DNA of 64,000 nucleotides from Deinococcus sp. (GTDB taxonomy: Bacteria > Deinococcota > Deinococci > Deinococcales > Deinococcaceae), in assembly GCA_965261005.1 (NCBI GenBank), contig OZ253375.1, positions 2,784,001 through 2,848,000 of the forward strand. The letters run 5' to 3'. The notes under the pieces are model-generated. The model was not told where the DNA came from. It made no database searches and worked only from the letters and a program-made list of their open reading frames with translations. Numbering within the stretch: the first letter of the stretch is position 1; the number at the start of each line of letters is the position of its first letter. The position numbers were made by a program, and so were the translations under genes. Below, in pieces: positions 11,011 to 24,696 of the stretch.

Positions 11011-13107
11011 CTACGCGGTAGCCTCCCGCTTCCCCATCTCCCCAAATCCCTTCCCCTCCGCCACCAGCTTCTCCAGCAGCGGCGCCGGCTCCCAGCTGTC
11101 ACCGTATTGCTCGTGGAACTTCTGGATGTCGGCCAAGACGTTCTCCAGGCCCACCTGATCGGCGTAGAACATCGGGCCGCCCCGGTGGGCGGGGAAGCCG
11201 TAGCCGTAGACGTAGATCACGTCAATGTCGCCCGCGCGCTGGGCAATCCCTTCCTCCAGAATCTTGGCGCCCTCGTTGACCAGCTGGTAGATCAGGCGTT
11301 TGGTGATCTCCTCAGTGGGGAGTTCGCGTTTCATCAGGCCCTTTTCCATGCGGTAGTTCTGGATCAGGCTCTCCACCTCCGGGTCGGGAATGCCCTTGCG
11401 CCCGTTCGCGTAGCTGTAGACGCCCGCGCCGCTCTTCTGGCCCCTCCGCCCGAGTTCCACGATGCGGTCCATGAAGCCGTCGGGCTTGGGCAACCCCGCC
11501 TGCTCGGCTTGGCGCGCCCGGATGGCGGAGCCGATGTCGAGGCCCGCCATGTCGCTCATCTCGAAGGGTCCCATCGGCAGGCCGAAGGCGTGCATGGCGG
11601 CGTCCACGCGCTGGGGGTCGGCGCCCTCGTCCACCATCGCCTGCGCCTCGCGGCCGTACTGGTTGATCATGCGGTTGCCCACGAAGCCGTCGCACACGCC
11701 GACCACCACGCCGACCTTGTTCAGGGTCTTGGCGAGGGCCAGGCTGGTGACCAGCACCTCGTCGCTGACCGAATCTGGCCGCACGATCTCCAAGAGCCTC
11801 ATCACGTTGGCCGGGCTGAAGAAGTGCATGCCTAGGACGCTCTGAGGCCGCCCCGTGCTGCGCGCGATCTCGTTCAGGTCGAGGGTGGAGGTGTTGCTCG
11901 CCAGAATGGCGCCGGGCTTGCACGCGGCGTCGAGCTGGCCGAATACCCCGCGCTTGACGTTCATGTCCTCGAAGACGGCCTCGATCACGTAATCCGCGTC
12001 CGCCAAGTCGGCCAGATCGAGCGTGCCGCGAATCAGCCTCATCCTGTCTTCGACCTGCTGCGTCGTCAGGCGGCCCTTCTTGGCGGTGTTCTCATAATTT
12101 CCCCGAATGGTGGCGAGGCCGCGTTCCAGGTTCTCCGCGCTCGTTTCGTAGACGGTGATGGGAATCCCGGCGTTCGCGAAGTTCATGGCGATGTCGCCGC
12201 CCATGGTGCCCGCGCCCAGGACGCCCGCCGTTTTGATCTCGCGCGCCCCCACGTTCTTGCCGACGCCGTCAATCTTGTTCGCCTCGCGCTCCGCGAAGAA
12301 GATGTGGCGCAGCCCCCTCGATTGGTCGGAGGTCACGGCCCGCATGAACAGGTCGCGCTCGCGGCGCATGCCCTGGTCGAAGGGCAGCTGCACGGCAGCC
12401 TGGACGGCCTCCAGACAGAGGAGCGGCGCCTCCAGGCCGCGCGCTTGCCGCCCAATCTGCTCGCGCGCCGCCGCGAAGAAGACCTCCGGCGGCGCGCCCA
12501 AGCTGGCCTCCAGATCGCGCACCTTGGGCAGGCCGCGCGCGTTTCCCGCGAACTTGAGGGCGCCTTCCAGCAAGTCCCCTTGAATCAGCTCGTCAATCAA
12601 GCCGAGTTCCAGCGCCTCCTCCGCCTTGATGGGGTCGCCGGAGACGATCATCGGCAGCGCCCGCTCCACGCCGATGAGGCGCGGCAGCCGCTGGGTGCCG
12701 CCCGCGCCGGGAATCACGCCCAGCTTCACCTCGGGCTGGCCGAGGTTGGTGCCGGAACCGGCGACCCGGTAGTGGCAGCCCATCGCCACCTCCAAGCCGC
12801 CCCCCAGCGCGTTGCCGTGCATGGCCGCGACGACCGGCTTGGGGTTGCCCTCCAGCGCCTCGATCAGGCCCAGCACGTCGGGCTGCGCCTCCCTGGGCAA
12901 ATCGAAGGTCTTTACGTCCGCCCCGGCGATAAAGCTGCGCCCGCCGCCGATCAGCACCACGACCTGTACGCTCTCGTCGGCGTTGCCGCGTTCCAGACCG
13001 GCCAAGATGCCCTCCGGCACGCCGGGGGAAAGGACGTTCACGGGCGGGTTGTTGAGGGTCAGCACGGCGACGTTGCCGCGCGTTTCGTACAGCACCAGAT
13101 CGGACAT
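11011..13107 (-). CDS. Bifunctional enoyl-CoA hydratase/3-hydroxyacyl-CoA dehydrogenase (FadB/FadJ-like)
   Basis: [57 protein letters not shown]. Confidence 0.92.
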   Translation of the reverse strand: MSDLVLYETRGNVAVLTLNNPPVNVLSPGVPEGILAGLERGNADESVQVVVLIGGGRSFIAGADVKTFDLPREAQPDVLGLIEALEGNPKPVVAAMHGNALGGGLEVAMGCHYRVAGSGTNLGQPEVKLGVIPGAGGTQRLPRLIGVERALPMIVSGDPIKAEEALELGLIDELIQGDLLEGALKFAGNARGLPKVRDLEASLGAPPEVFFAAAREQIGRQARGLEAPLLCLEAVQAAVQLPFDQGMRRERDLFMRAVTSDQSRGLRHIFFAEREANKIDGVGKNVGAREIKTAGVLGAGTMGGDIAMNFANAGIPITVYETSAENLERGLATIRGNYENTAKKGRLTTQQVEDRMRLIRGTLDLADLADADYVIEAVFEDMNVKRGVFGQLDAACKPGAILASNTSTLDLNEIARSTGRPQSVLGMHFFSPANVMRLLEIVRPDSVSDEVLVTSLALAKTLNKVGVVVGVCDGFVGNRMINQYGREAQAMVDEGADPQRVDAAMHAFGLPMGPFEMSDMAGLDIGSAIRARQAEQAGLPKPDGFMDRIVELGRRGQKSGAGVYSYANGRKGIPDPEVESLIQNYRMEKGLMKRELPTEEITKRLIYQLVNEGAKILEEGIAQRAGDIDVIYVYGYGFPAHRGGPMFYADQVGLENVLADIQKFHEQYGDSWEPAPLLEKLVAEGKGFGEMGKREATA

Positions 13108-13227
13108 ACAACCTCCGGGGAAAGCGTGTCGTTGGACTTTCCGCAAGCTAGCACGGACGCCGTTTGCGGGATTTCTTCCTGTGCCAAGGCACCTTCACAC
13201 GCCCGCCCCGGTGCTAGCCTCTTTCAC

Positions 13228-13656
<429 letters not shown>

Positions 13657-13676
13657 AAACGCCTTTTGGTGTGAAG

Positions 13677-13704
13677 AACGTCCGGCGCCTGGGCGCCGGA
13701 CGTT
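13677..13704 (+). terminator. Hairpin terminator after iscA
   Basis: AACGTCCGGCGCC-tg-GGCGCCGGACGTT followed by an AT-rich tract. Confidence 0.65.
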
Positions 13705-13739
13705 ACTATTATCTTATTTGCTCTCTCATTCGCCCGAAC

Positions 13740-13767
13740 TTGACAGGCCATTTAGCCTATCTATAAT
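13740..13767 (+). promoter_or_regulatory. SigA-type promoter of the peptide ABC transporter
   Basis: TTGACA-16nt-TATAAT. Confidence 0.8.
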
Positions 13768-13831
13768 GACCCATGTCAGAAACTTTACCTGGCATGGGCG
13801 TCTGCTATCTGGGCGCCGGTGAAGGAGTGCT

Positions 13832-15622
13832 ATGAAAAAACTCGCAGTTCTCTCGCTGTTGATGCTCGGCGCAGCCATGGCCGGACCCCGTCAAAACAAC
13901 GTCATCATCGGCACCTCTCAAGAGCCGCCCACCATTCAGGACTACTGGGCCACCAACAACCTGGCGATCTCCACCGAGATCAACGGCTTCCTGACCGATG
14001 GCCTGCTGAACAAGAACGACGCCGGCGAACTCATTCCCGACATCGCCGTCAGCGTGCCGTCCCTCAAGAATGGCGACTACAAGATCGTCAAGCAGGGTAA
14101 CAAGATCGTCAGCAACTCGGTGACCTACACCCTCAACCCGAACGCCAAGTGGTCGGACGGCAAGCCCATCACGACCGCCGACTTCCAGTTTTGGCTGGAC
14201 GTACAAAATGACCCGCGCGTGCCGGTGCCCACCCGCGAGCCGTACAACAGCGCGACCATCACCAAGGTCAGCGACAAGAAGTTCACCATCACCTACAAGC
14301 CCGCCTACCTGTTCGCCGACATCACCACGCCCGGCTACGCGCCCGCGCACGTCATGCAGGCCAAGTGGAACGCCTTCAAGACGGCGACCGCCAAGCTGGA
14401 CGCCAAGACCCAGGCCAAGGCGATCAACGACCAGTGGCAGCAGTTCTTGGCGCAGTACACCACCGCCAACAGCTTGCCGCCGGTGTCCTCGGGCGCCTTC
14501 AAGCTGACCCAGTGGCGCCCGGGATCGAGCATGACCATGGTGCGCAACACCAACTATTGGCTCAAGCCGCCCGGCGACGTCAAGAACTACGCCCAGCAGG
14601 TGATCTACCGCTTTATTCCCGACACCAACACCCTGCGCGTGAACGTGCTGTCGGGTCAGGTGGACGCCCTCGCGACGGTGGGCATCTCCTTCGATCAAGC
14701 GGTTGAGCTGCAAAAGTCCCAGGGCAACCGCTTCAAGACCTTCTTCGTGCCCAGCGGCACGTGGGAGCACATCGACCTCAACAAGTTCAGCAGCGTGCAA
14801 AAGGTCAAGGACTTGGGCCTCGACGACAAGCGCGTTCGTCAGGCGCTGCTGTACGCCCTCAACCGCGAGTCGCTGGTGCAGCAGCTCTATCAGGGGAAGC
14901 AGCCGGTCAGCAACAGCTTCGTGAACACCCTCAGCGAGCTGTACAAAAAGGACGTCCAGAAGTACACCTACGACCCGGCCAAGACCAAGGCGCTGTTCGC
15001 GGCGGCGGGCTGGAAGCCCGGCTCCGACGGCATCCTGACCAAGAACGGCAAGAAGTTCACCATCAACTTCACCACCACCGCCGGCAACAAGATTCGCGAG
15101 CGCGTGCAGCAGATTCTGATCGCGCAGTGGAAGGCCGTGGGCGTGGACGTGCGCGTCGCCAACCAGCCGTCCTCGGTGGTCTTCGCCGACGACTTCATCC
15201 AGCACGCCTCGACCGGCAGCTTCGACATGTTCATGTTCGCTTGGGTGCAGGACCCGACCCTGGAGGACGGCAACCTGTTCACCGCCCAAAACCAGACGGG
15301 CGAGAGCAACATCCCGACCGGCGATGACGGCTACGCCGGCCAGAACATCGGCGGCTGGAACAACGCCAAGTACACCGCCCTGTACAAGCAGGCTTACCAA
15401 GCCTTCGATCCCGAGGCGCGCGACCAGCTCTTCGACCAGATGCAGACCATCTGGGCCGACGAGGTGCCGGCCTTGCCGCTGTACAACCGCGCCAACCCCT
15501 ATATCAAGGCGCCCGGCTTGGTCAACTACACCTTCAGCGCGGCGAGCCTGTACCCCAGTTGGCAAGCCTACCTGCTGGGCTGGCAGCAGAACGGCGCCAA
15601 GGAAGTCAACGTCCAGAAGTAA
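13832..15622 (+). CDS. Peptide ABC transporter substrate-binding protein (OppA/DppA family 5)
   Basis: Signal peptide, AKWSDGKPITTADF, SSGAFKLTQW, DKRVRQALLYALNRE, EVPALPLY. Confidence 0.92.
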   Translation: MKKLAVLSLLMLGAAMAGPRQNNVIIGTSQEPPTIQDYWATNNLAISTEINGFLTDGLLNKNDAGELIPDIAVSVPSLKNGDYKIVKQGNKIVSNSVTYTLNPNAKWSDGKPITTADFQFWLDVQNDPRVPVPTREPYNSATITKVSDKKFTITYKPAYLFADITTPGYAPAHVMQAKWNAFKTATAKLDAKTQAKAINDQWQQFLAQYTTANSLPPVSSGAFKLTQWRPGSSMTMVRNTNYWLKPPGDVKNYAQQVIYRFIPDTNTLRVNVLSGQVDALATVGISFDQAVELQKSQGNRFKTFFVPSGTWEHIDLNKFSSVQKVKDLGLDDKRVRQALLYALNRESLVQQLYQGKQPVSNSFVNTLSELYKKDVQKYTYDPAKTKALFAAAGWKPGSDGILTKNGKKFTINFTTTAGNKIRERVQQILIAQWKAVGVDVRVANQPSSVVFADDFIQHASTGSFDMFMFAWVQDPTLEDGNLFTAQNQTGESNIPTGDDGYAGQNIGGWNNAKYTALYKQAYQAFDPEARDQLFDQMQTIWADEVPALPLYNRANPYIKAPGLVNYTFSAASLYPSWQAYLLGWQQNGAKEVNVQK

Positions 15623-15669
15623 GCGCCTAGAAGTAAGCCCCTAAAAGTAAGCGCTTTCGATTCGCCCAG

Positions 15670-15696
15670 GTGGGAGGCCCGAGCCTCCCACTTTTT
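15670..15696 (+). terminator. Intrinsic terminator after the substrate-binding gene
   Basis: GTGGGAGGC-ccga-GCCTCCCAC-TTTTT. Confidence 0.8.
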
Positions 15697-15711
15697 ATGC
15701 CGGCGTTCTCT

Positions 15712-15849
15712 TGATACGAATTCCGAAAATTTCCGTGCATTCCGGAAATTTTCTGAGCGGAGCGAACAGGAAAGAGATACGGGTTTCGCGGTATGGAGTG
15801 CAGGCGAGTGTCCTTCTCGACTGTACGGAATGAAGCGGAATCCGTATGA
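15712..15849. mobile_element. MITE-like small non-coding repeat (Deinococcus SNR/SRE-like)
   Basis: 138 bp with terminal inverted repeats TGATACGAATTCCG / CGGAATCCGTATGA (12/14 match). Confidence 0.65.
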
Positions 15850-15952
15850 GGCGGTTTCTTCACAAGGGGCGTACACTGGGGCACGGCTTTTCTGGCGACC
15901 CCGCTGTGGCGCGCAGATAAGGGCAGATGAGGAACGAAAGGAACTGTTTGGC

Positions 15953-16948
15953 ATGGCGACTTATATCGTGCGGCGGCTGTTGCAGATGATCCCACTGCTC
16001 CTTTTGGTGAGCCTCGTGATTTACATTCTTGTGGCGCTGTCGCCGGGCGACCCCGTCACCGATTCGCTGCGCTTTAATCCGCGAGCGACCCCGGAGGACA
16101 TCGTTCGTCTGCGCGCCGCCTACGGCCTCGACCAGCCCGTTTACGTTCGCTACTTCAGGTGGCTGGTACAAGCGGTCCAGGGGAACTTCGGGTTTTCGCA
16201 GCAGTACTTCGTGCCGGCGACGCAGTTCGTGTTTCAGCAGCGTCTGCCCAACACCCTGTTGCTGTCGGGCATCGCCTTTCTCGTTTCGGTGGTGGTGGCT
16301 ATTCCGCTGGGCATCTTCTCGGCGCTGCGGCAATACAGCGCGGCCGACTACTTTTTTACCTTCCTGAGCTTTTTCGGTTTCAGCGTGCCCATCTTCTGGC
16401 TGGGCATCATGCTGATCTACCTGTTCGCCATCGTTATTCCGGGCTGGACGAACGGCGCGGTGTCGCTGCCCGCCGGCGGCATTGAGACGCCCGGCATCGT
16501 GGGCGCCGGTGCGTGGGAAGTGGCCCTCGACCGCCTCAAGTACCTGATTCTGCCGGTGTTCGCGCTGTCCTTTATTCAGGTGGCCGCTTGGACGCGCTTT
16601 ATGCGCGCCAGCATCTTGGAGGTGGTCAATCAGGATTACGTTCGCACGGCCAAGGCCAAGGGCCTCAGCGAGCGGGTGGTCACCTACAAGCACGCCCTCA
16701 GAAACGCCATCATTCCGATGATCACGCTGTTCGGCCTCTCGATTCCCGGCTTGCTGGGCGGGGCGACCCTGACCGAGACGGTCTTTAACTGGCCGGGCAT
16801 GGGGCGCGCCATCTTCGACGCCTTGGTCGCCAAGGACTTCAACATTGTGATGGTGTCGCTGGCCTTTTTGGCCCTGATGACCGCGCTGTTCAACCTGCTC
16901 GCCGACCTGGCTTACGCGGTGGTGGACCCGCGGATCCGTTACAGTTGA
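15953..16948 (+). CDS. Peptide ABC transporter permease (OppB/DppB)
   Basis: [38 protein letters not shown]. Confidence 0.93.
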   Translation: MATYIVRRLLQMIPLLLLVSLVIYILVALSPGDPVTDSLRFNPRATPEDIVRLRAAYGLDQPVYVRYFRWLVQAVQGNFGFSQQYFVPATQFVFQQRLPNTLLLSGIAFLVSVVVAIPLGIFSALRQYSAADYFFTFLSFFGFSVPIFWLGIMLIYLFAIVIPGWTNGAVSLPAGGIETPGIVGAGAWEVALDRLKYLILPVFALSFIQVAAWTRFMRASILEVVNQDYVRTAKAKGLSERVVTYKHALRNAIIPMITLFGLSIPGLLGGATLTETVFNWPGMGRAIFDALVAKDFNIVMVSLAFLALMTALFNLLADLAYAVVDPRIRYS

Positions 16949-17002
16949 CCCCCGCCCACGCCCAGAAAGCCGCCCACGCCCGGAAAGGACAACAAGGCCG
17001 AC

Positions 17003-17941
17003 GTGACCACAACCGTACCGCAGGCGCCCGTCAAGCGCCAAAGCCAATCCACCTGGAGCATCGCCCTGCGCCGTTTCCGGCGGCACAAGCTCGCGATGGT
17101 CAGTTTGGCCGTGATCGTGCTGCTGATTCTGATGGCCGTTTTTGCGCCCTTTTTGGCGCCCTACAACCCCTTCAAGTTCGACCCCAACCAGATCAATCCC
17201 TACGAGCCGCCCAGCCGCGCGCACCTGTTCGGCACCGACGATCTCGGGCGCGACGTGTTGTCGCGCATCATTTACGGCAGCCGGATCAGCTTGGCGGTGG
17301 GTTTCGCCGTCGCCTTTATCGGCGTGGTCTTTGGCACGTTCATGGGCATTTTGGCCGGCTACTTCGGCGGCTGGGTGGACACCTTGATCAGCCGTTTCAT
17401 TGATTTCATGCTCTCGCTTCCCGCCTTTCCGTTGCTGCTGGTCATCGCCGGCGTTCTCGCCTCCAGCAACGCCGGCTTTATCGTGGCCTTCCGCCTCAAC
17501 TTCCAAGAATCAGCCAGCGTCTACATCGTCATCGGGGTGTTGGCCTTTTTCGGCTGGCTGGGCACCGCCCGCTTGGTGCGCGGCGAGATTCTCAAGCTCA
17601 AAAATCTGGAGTACGTGGACGCCGCGCGCGCGCTGGGAGCCAAAAACGCGCGTATCATGTTTCGCCACTTGGTGCCCAACACCGTCGCCATCATCATCGT
17701 GCAGGCGACCCTGGACGTGGGCAGCGCCATTCTGACCGAGGCGGGCCTGTCCTTTCTCGGCTTCGGCATTCAGCCCCCGGTCTCCACTTGGGGCAACATG
17801 CTGTCCAACGCGCAGGAGGCGGTCTTCAACAGCCCGTGGCTGACGTTTTATCCGGGTGTTGCCATCCTGATCACCTGCTTGGCCTTTAACTTTCTGGGTG
17901 ACGGCATGCGCGACGCGCTCGACCCCAGAAGCCGGCTGTAA
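17003..17941 (+). CDS. Peptide ABC transporter permease (OppC/DppC)
   Basis: HLFGTDDLGRD, EYVDAARALGA, EAGLSFLGFG, GDGMRDALDPR. Confidence 0.93.
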   Translation: MTTTVPQAPVKRQSQSTWSIALRRFRRHKLAMVSLAVIVLLILMAVFAPFLAPYNPFKFDPNQINPYEPPSRAHLFGTDDLGRDVLSRIIYGSRISLAVGFAVAFIGVVFGTFMGILAGYFGGWVDTLISRFIDFMLSLPAFPLLLVIAGVLASSNAGFIVAFRLNFQESASVYIVIGVLAFFGWLGTARLVRGEILKLKNLEYVDAARALGAKNARIMFRHLVPNTVAIIIVQATLDVGSAILTEAGLSFLGFGIQPPVSTWGNMLSNAQEAVFNSPWLTFYPGVAILITCLAFNFLGDGMRDALDPRSRL

Positions 17942-18020
17942 AACCTGTAAAACAAGGTGTGCAGGGCGAAGGGGTCTCCCCTTCGCCTTTTCTTGTCGTC
18001 TCTTGCGTTATCCTGCGTTC

Positions 18021-18518
18021 GTGATCGTGCTCGGCATTGACCCCGGCCTCGCCAACCTCGGCGTGGGCTTGGTGGAGGGGGACGCCCGCAAGGCCCGCCA
18101 CCTGCACCACGTCTGCATCTATACCGAGTCGGCCTGGGTGCTGCCGAGGCGGCTGCTCTACCTGCACACCGAGCTGTCGCGTTTGATCGAGCTGTACCGG
18201 CCCGACGCGGTCGCCTTGGAGGCCCAGTATCTGCGCAAGCAGGCCGACGTCGCCTTCAAGATCGGTCAGGCGGTGGGCGTGGTTCAGCTGGCCTGCGCGC
18301 AGGCGGACCTGACCGTTCACCCCTACGGCCCCATGCAGGTCAAGCAGGCGCTGGTGGGGCACGGCCGGGCCGACAAGGCGCAGATCACCTACATGGTGCG
18401 GGCCAGCTTGGGGCTGCGTGAGGTGGGCAGCAACCACGCCGCCGACGCGCTGGCGCTGGCGCTCACGCACTTGGCCCAGTCCCCGATGCGCCGGGCGCTG
18501 ACGACCGCGACCGGCTAA
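18021..18518 (+). CDS. ruvC: Holliday junction resolvase
   Basis: VLGIDPG, PDAVALE, VKQALVGHGRADKAQ, HAADALA. Confidence 0.95.
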   Translation: MIVLGIDPGLANLGVGLVEGDARKARHLHHVCIYTESAWVLPRRLLYLHTELSRLIELYRPDAVALEAQYLRKQADVAFKIGQAVGVVQLACAQADLTVHPYGPMQVKQALVGHGRADKAQITYMVRASLGLREVGSNHAADALALALTHLAQSPMRRALTTATG

Positions 18519-18534
18519 CCGTGAACCCGGCCTT

Positions 18535-19176
18535 GTGAACGTGGTCCTGTTGCTCGGCCTGACGCTGTTGCCCACCGGCTTTTGGCTGTGGCTGTTCGTG
18601 CGCCGTGACGCCCATCCGGAGCCGCCCGTGTTGCTGCTGAGGACCTTCGCTTACGGCGGCTTGGCCTGGGCGCTGTCAGCCGCCTTTGAACTCAGCTTCA
18701 GCGCGGTTGCACTTCCCTGGTTGGTGCTGGCCCTGAGCGCGCTGATCGAGGAGGGCGCCAAGCTGCTGGCCGCCAGCACCGCCGTTCACGAGCGCGACTT
18801 CGACGAGCCGATGGACGGCCTGATCTACGCCGTGACGGCCGCCTTGGGCTTTTCCTTGCTGGAGAACTTGGCTTACGGCCTTCAGTACGGCGCGGAGGTG
18901 GTCGTGTGGCGCGGCGGCGTGACCACGCTCGCACACGTCCTGTTCAGCGCGCCCCTCGGGTACGCCCTCGCGCGGGCGCGCTTCTCGGGGGGGCGTTGGT
19001 GGCTCGCGCGTGGCCTTTTGATGGCCGCCCTTCTGCATGTCCTCTTTGACGGCCTGCTCGCCGGCCGTCAGGCATGGTGGCAACTGCCCGTGTTGGCGGT
19101 CACGCTGGGCCTTGTGTACCTGGCCGTTGACCGGCTGTACGTCCTGTGGCGCGCCGACCAACAAGCGGGCCGCTGA
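18535..19176 (+). CDS. PrsW-family intramembrane protease
   Basis: IEEGAK, FDEPMDG, GFSLLEN, AHVLF, LHVLFD. Confidence 0.85.
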   Translation: MNVVLLLGLTLLPTGFWLWLFVRRDAHPEPPVLLLRTFAYGGLAWALSAAFELSFSAVALPWLVLALSALIEEGAKLLAASTAVHERDFDEPMDGLIYAVTAALGFSLLENLAYGLQYGAEVVVWRGGVTTLAHVLFSAPLGYALARARFSGGRWWLARGLLMAALLHVLFDGLLAGRQAWWQLPVLAVTLGLVYLAVDRLYVLWRADQQAGR

Positions 19177-19196
19177 GCTTCGACTGTTGATTTCAA

Positions 19197-19883
19197 CTAC
19201 AGCGTGGGCGCCCCCGTGTTGCCCTCGACCCAGCGCTCCCCGTTCTCACCGACCTCCAATTTCCAAACGGGCAGGTGCAGCTTAAGGTGCTCGATCAAGA
19301 AGTCGCAGGCTTCCAGCGCCGCGCGGCGGTGGGCGCTGCCCACGCCGATCAGAATGCTGGGTTCGGCGGGCCGCACCCGGCCGGTGCGGTGGGCCATGTA
19401 GCTTCCGCCCAAGGCATATTCGGCGCGGGCAAGCTGGGCGGCGTCCCGCATGACCCGTTCGGCCAGGGCGGGGTACGCCTCGTATTCCAGGTAAGCGACC
19501 GCTGTTCCCTGGTTGGGCGAGCGAACCGTACCCACGAAGTAGGCTTGCGCGCCCCAAGCCGGGCGGATCAAGAAATCCTGAGCCGCTGGGAAGCTCAGTG
19601 GAGAAGCTGTCACCAAGCAGATGTCGTTGTCACCAACGTCGTCAGCGCCGCCTCCGGCGACGGGCGGTAAAAAGGCGACCTCGTCGTTTTCGCTCAACGT
19701 GGTGTCGGGGGTGGCGTAGCGCTCGTTCACGGCGACCATGCAGCCGGTTAGCGACACGCCGAAGCGCTCCGATACTTGCTGGGCCACCTCACGCACCGAG
19801 GCGCCGCCGGCCACCTCGACCTCGGCGTGCTCGGTTTCCGCCTCACGCTTGAGGCGCGCAAAAAACAGGACCTTGACGATCAC
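19197..19883 (-). CDS. Molybdopterin synthase MoaD-MoaE fusion
   Basis: VKVLFFARL...[10 protein letters not shown] (MoaD), linker, then FVGTVR, LEYEAY, HRTG, LPVWKLE (MoaE). Confidence 0.9.
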   Translation of the reverse strand: MIVKVLFFARLKREAETEHAEVEVAGGASVREVAQQVSERFGVSLTGCMVAVNERYATPDTTLSENDEVAFLPPVAGGGADDVGDNDICLVTASPLSFPAAQDFLIRPAWGAQAYFVGTVRSPNQGTAVAYLEYEAYPALAERVMRDAAQLARAEYALGGSYMAHRTGRVRPAEPSILIGVGSAHRRAALEACDFLIEHLKLHLPVWKLEVGENGERWVEGNTGAPTL

Positions 19884-19905
19884 GCTGTCCAAAGTAGCAC
19901 GGGGC

Positions 19906-19934
19906 TTGACATTTCCCGAACTTCCATTTATTCT
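19906..19934 (+). promoter_or_regulatory. Promoter of the 23S-5S-tRNA unit
   Basis: TTGACA-17nt-TATTCT. Confidence 0.75.
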
Positions 19935-20002
19935 CTCTAAGCCTCGATTGAGGCGAGGAACATGACAAACGAGACAAGGGAAGCGCGAGAGCGCTTTTAA
20001 GA

Positions 20003-24378
<4,376 letters not shown>

Positions 24379-24503
24379 TTATTTTCTTAAAAAACCCCGC
24401 CTCTCGCGGTCGCGCAGGACGGCAGGAGGGAAGTTCATCGTTTTTTCGGGCTTCGGCAAGCAAACGATGAAGACGGTTTCGCAGGGACATTCTCATCTGG
24501 GGG

Positions 24504-24533
24504 TTGACCGGGTCTTCTTCATGCTTGTATCAT
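24504..24533 (+). promoter_or_regulatory. Putative slpA promoter
   Basis: TTGACC-18nt-TATCAT about 160 nt upstream of the ATG. Confidence 0.55.
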
Positions 24534-24696
24534 CACCCTGATCTGGGTCGTTGTTTTCTCACAGAAGTGAGTCAAGGCGGCTCAATCAGCGTGAGAAGAG
24601 GAAGTAGCGGCATGATCTTCGGGAGAGGAAACCCGGCAACTCGCCCCGACGCCGTGTTCAGCTGCCCCTTGTTCGAGCGCACCGTAGGGGGTTCGT

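Noticed and set aside
19197..19883. MoaD-MoaE fusion as a novelty
   Set aside because: Already known in Deinococcus-Thermus and other lineages
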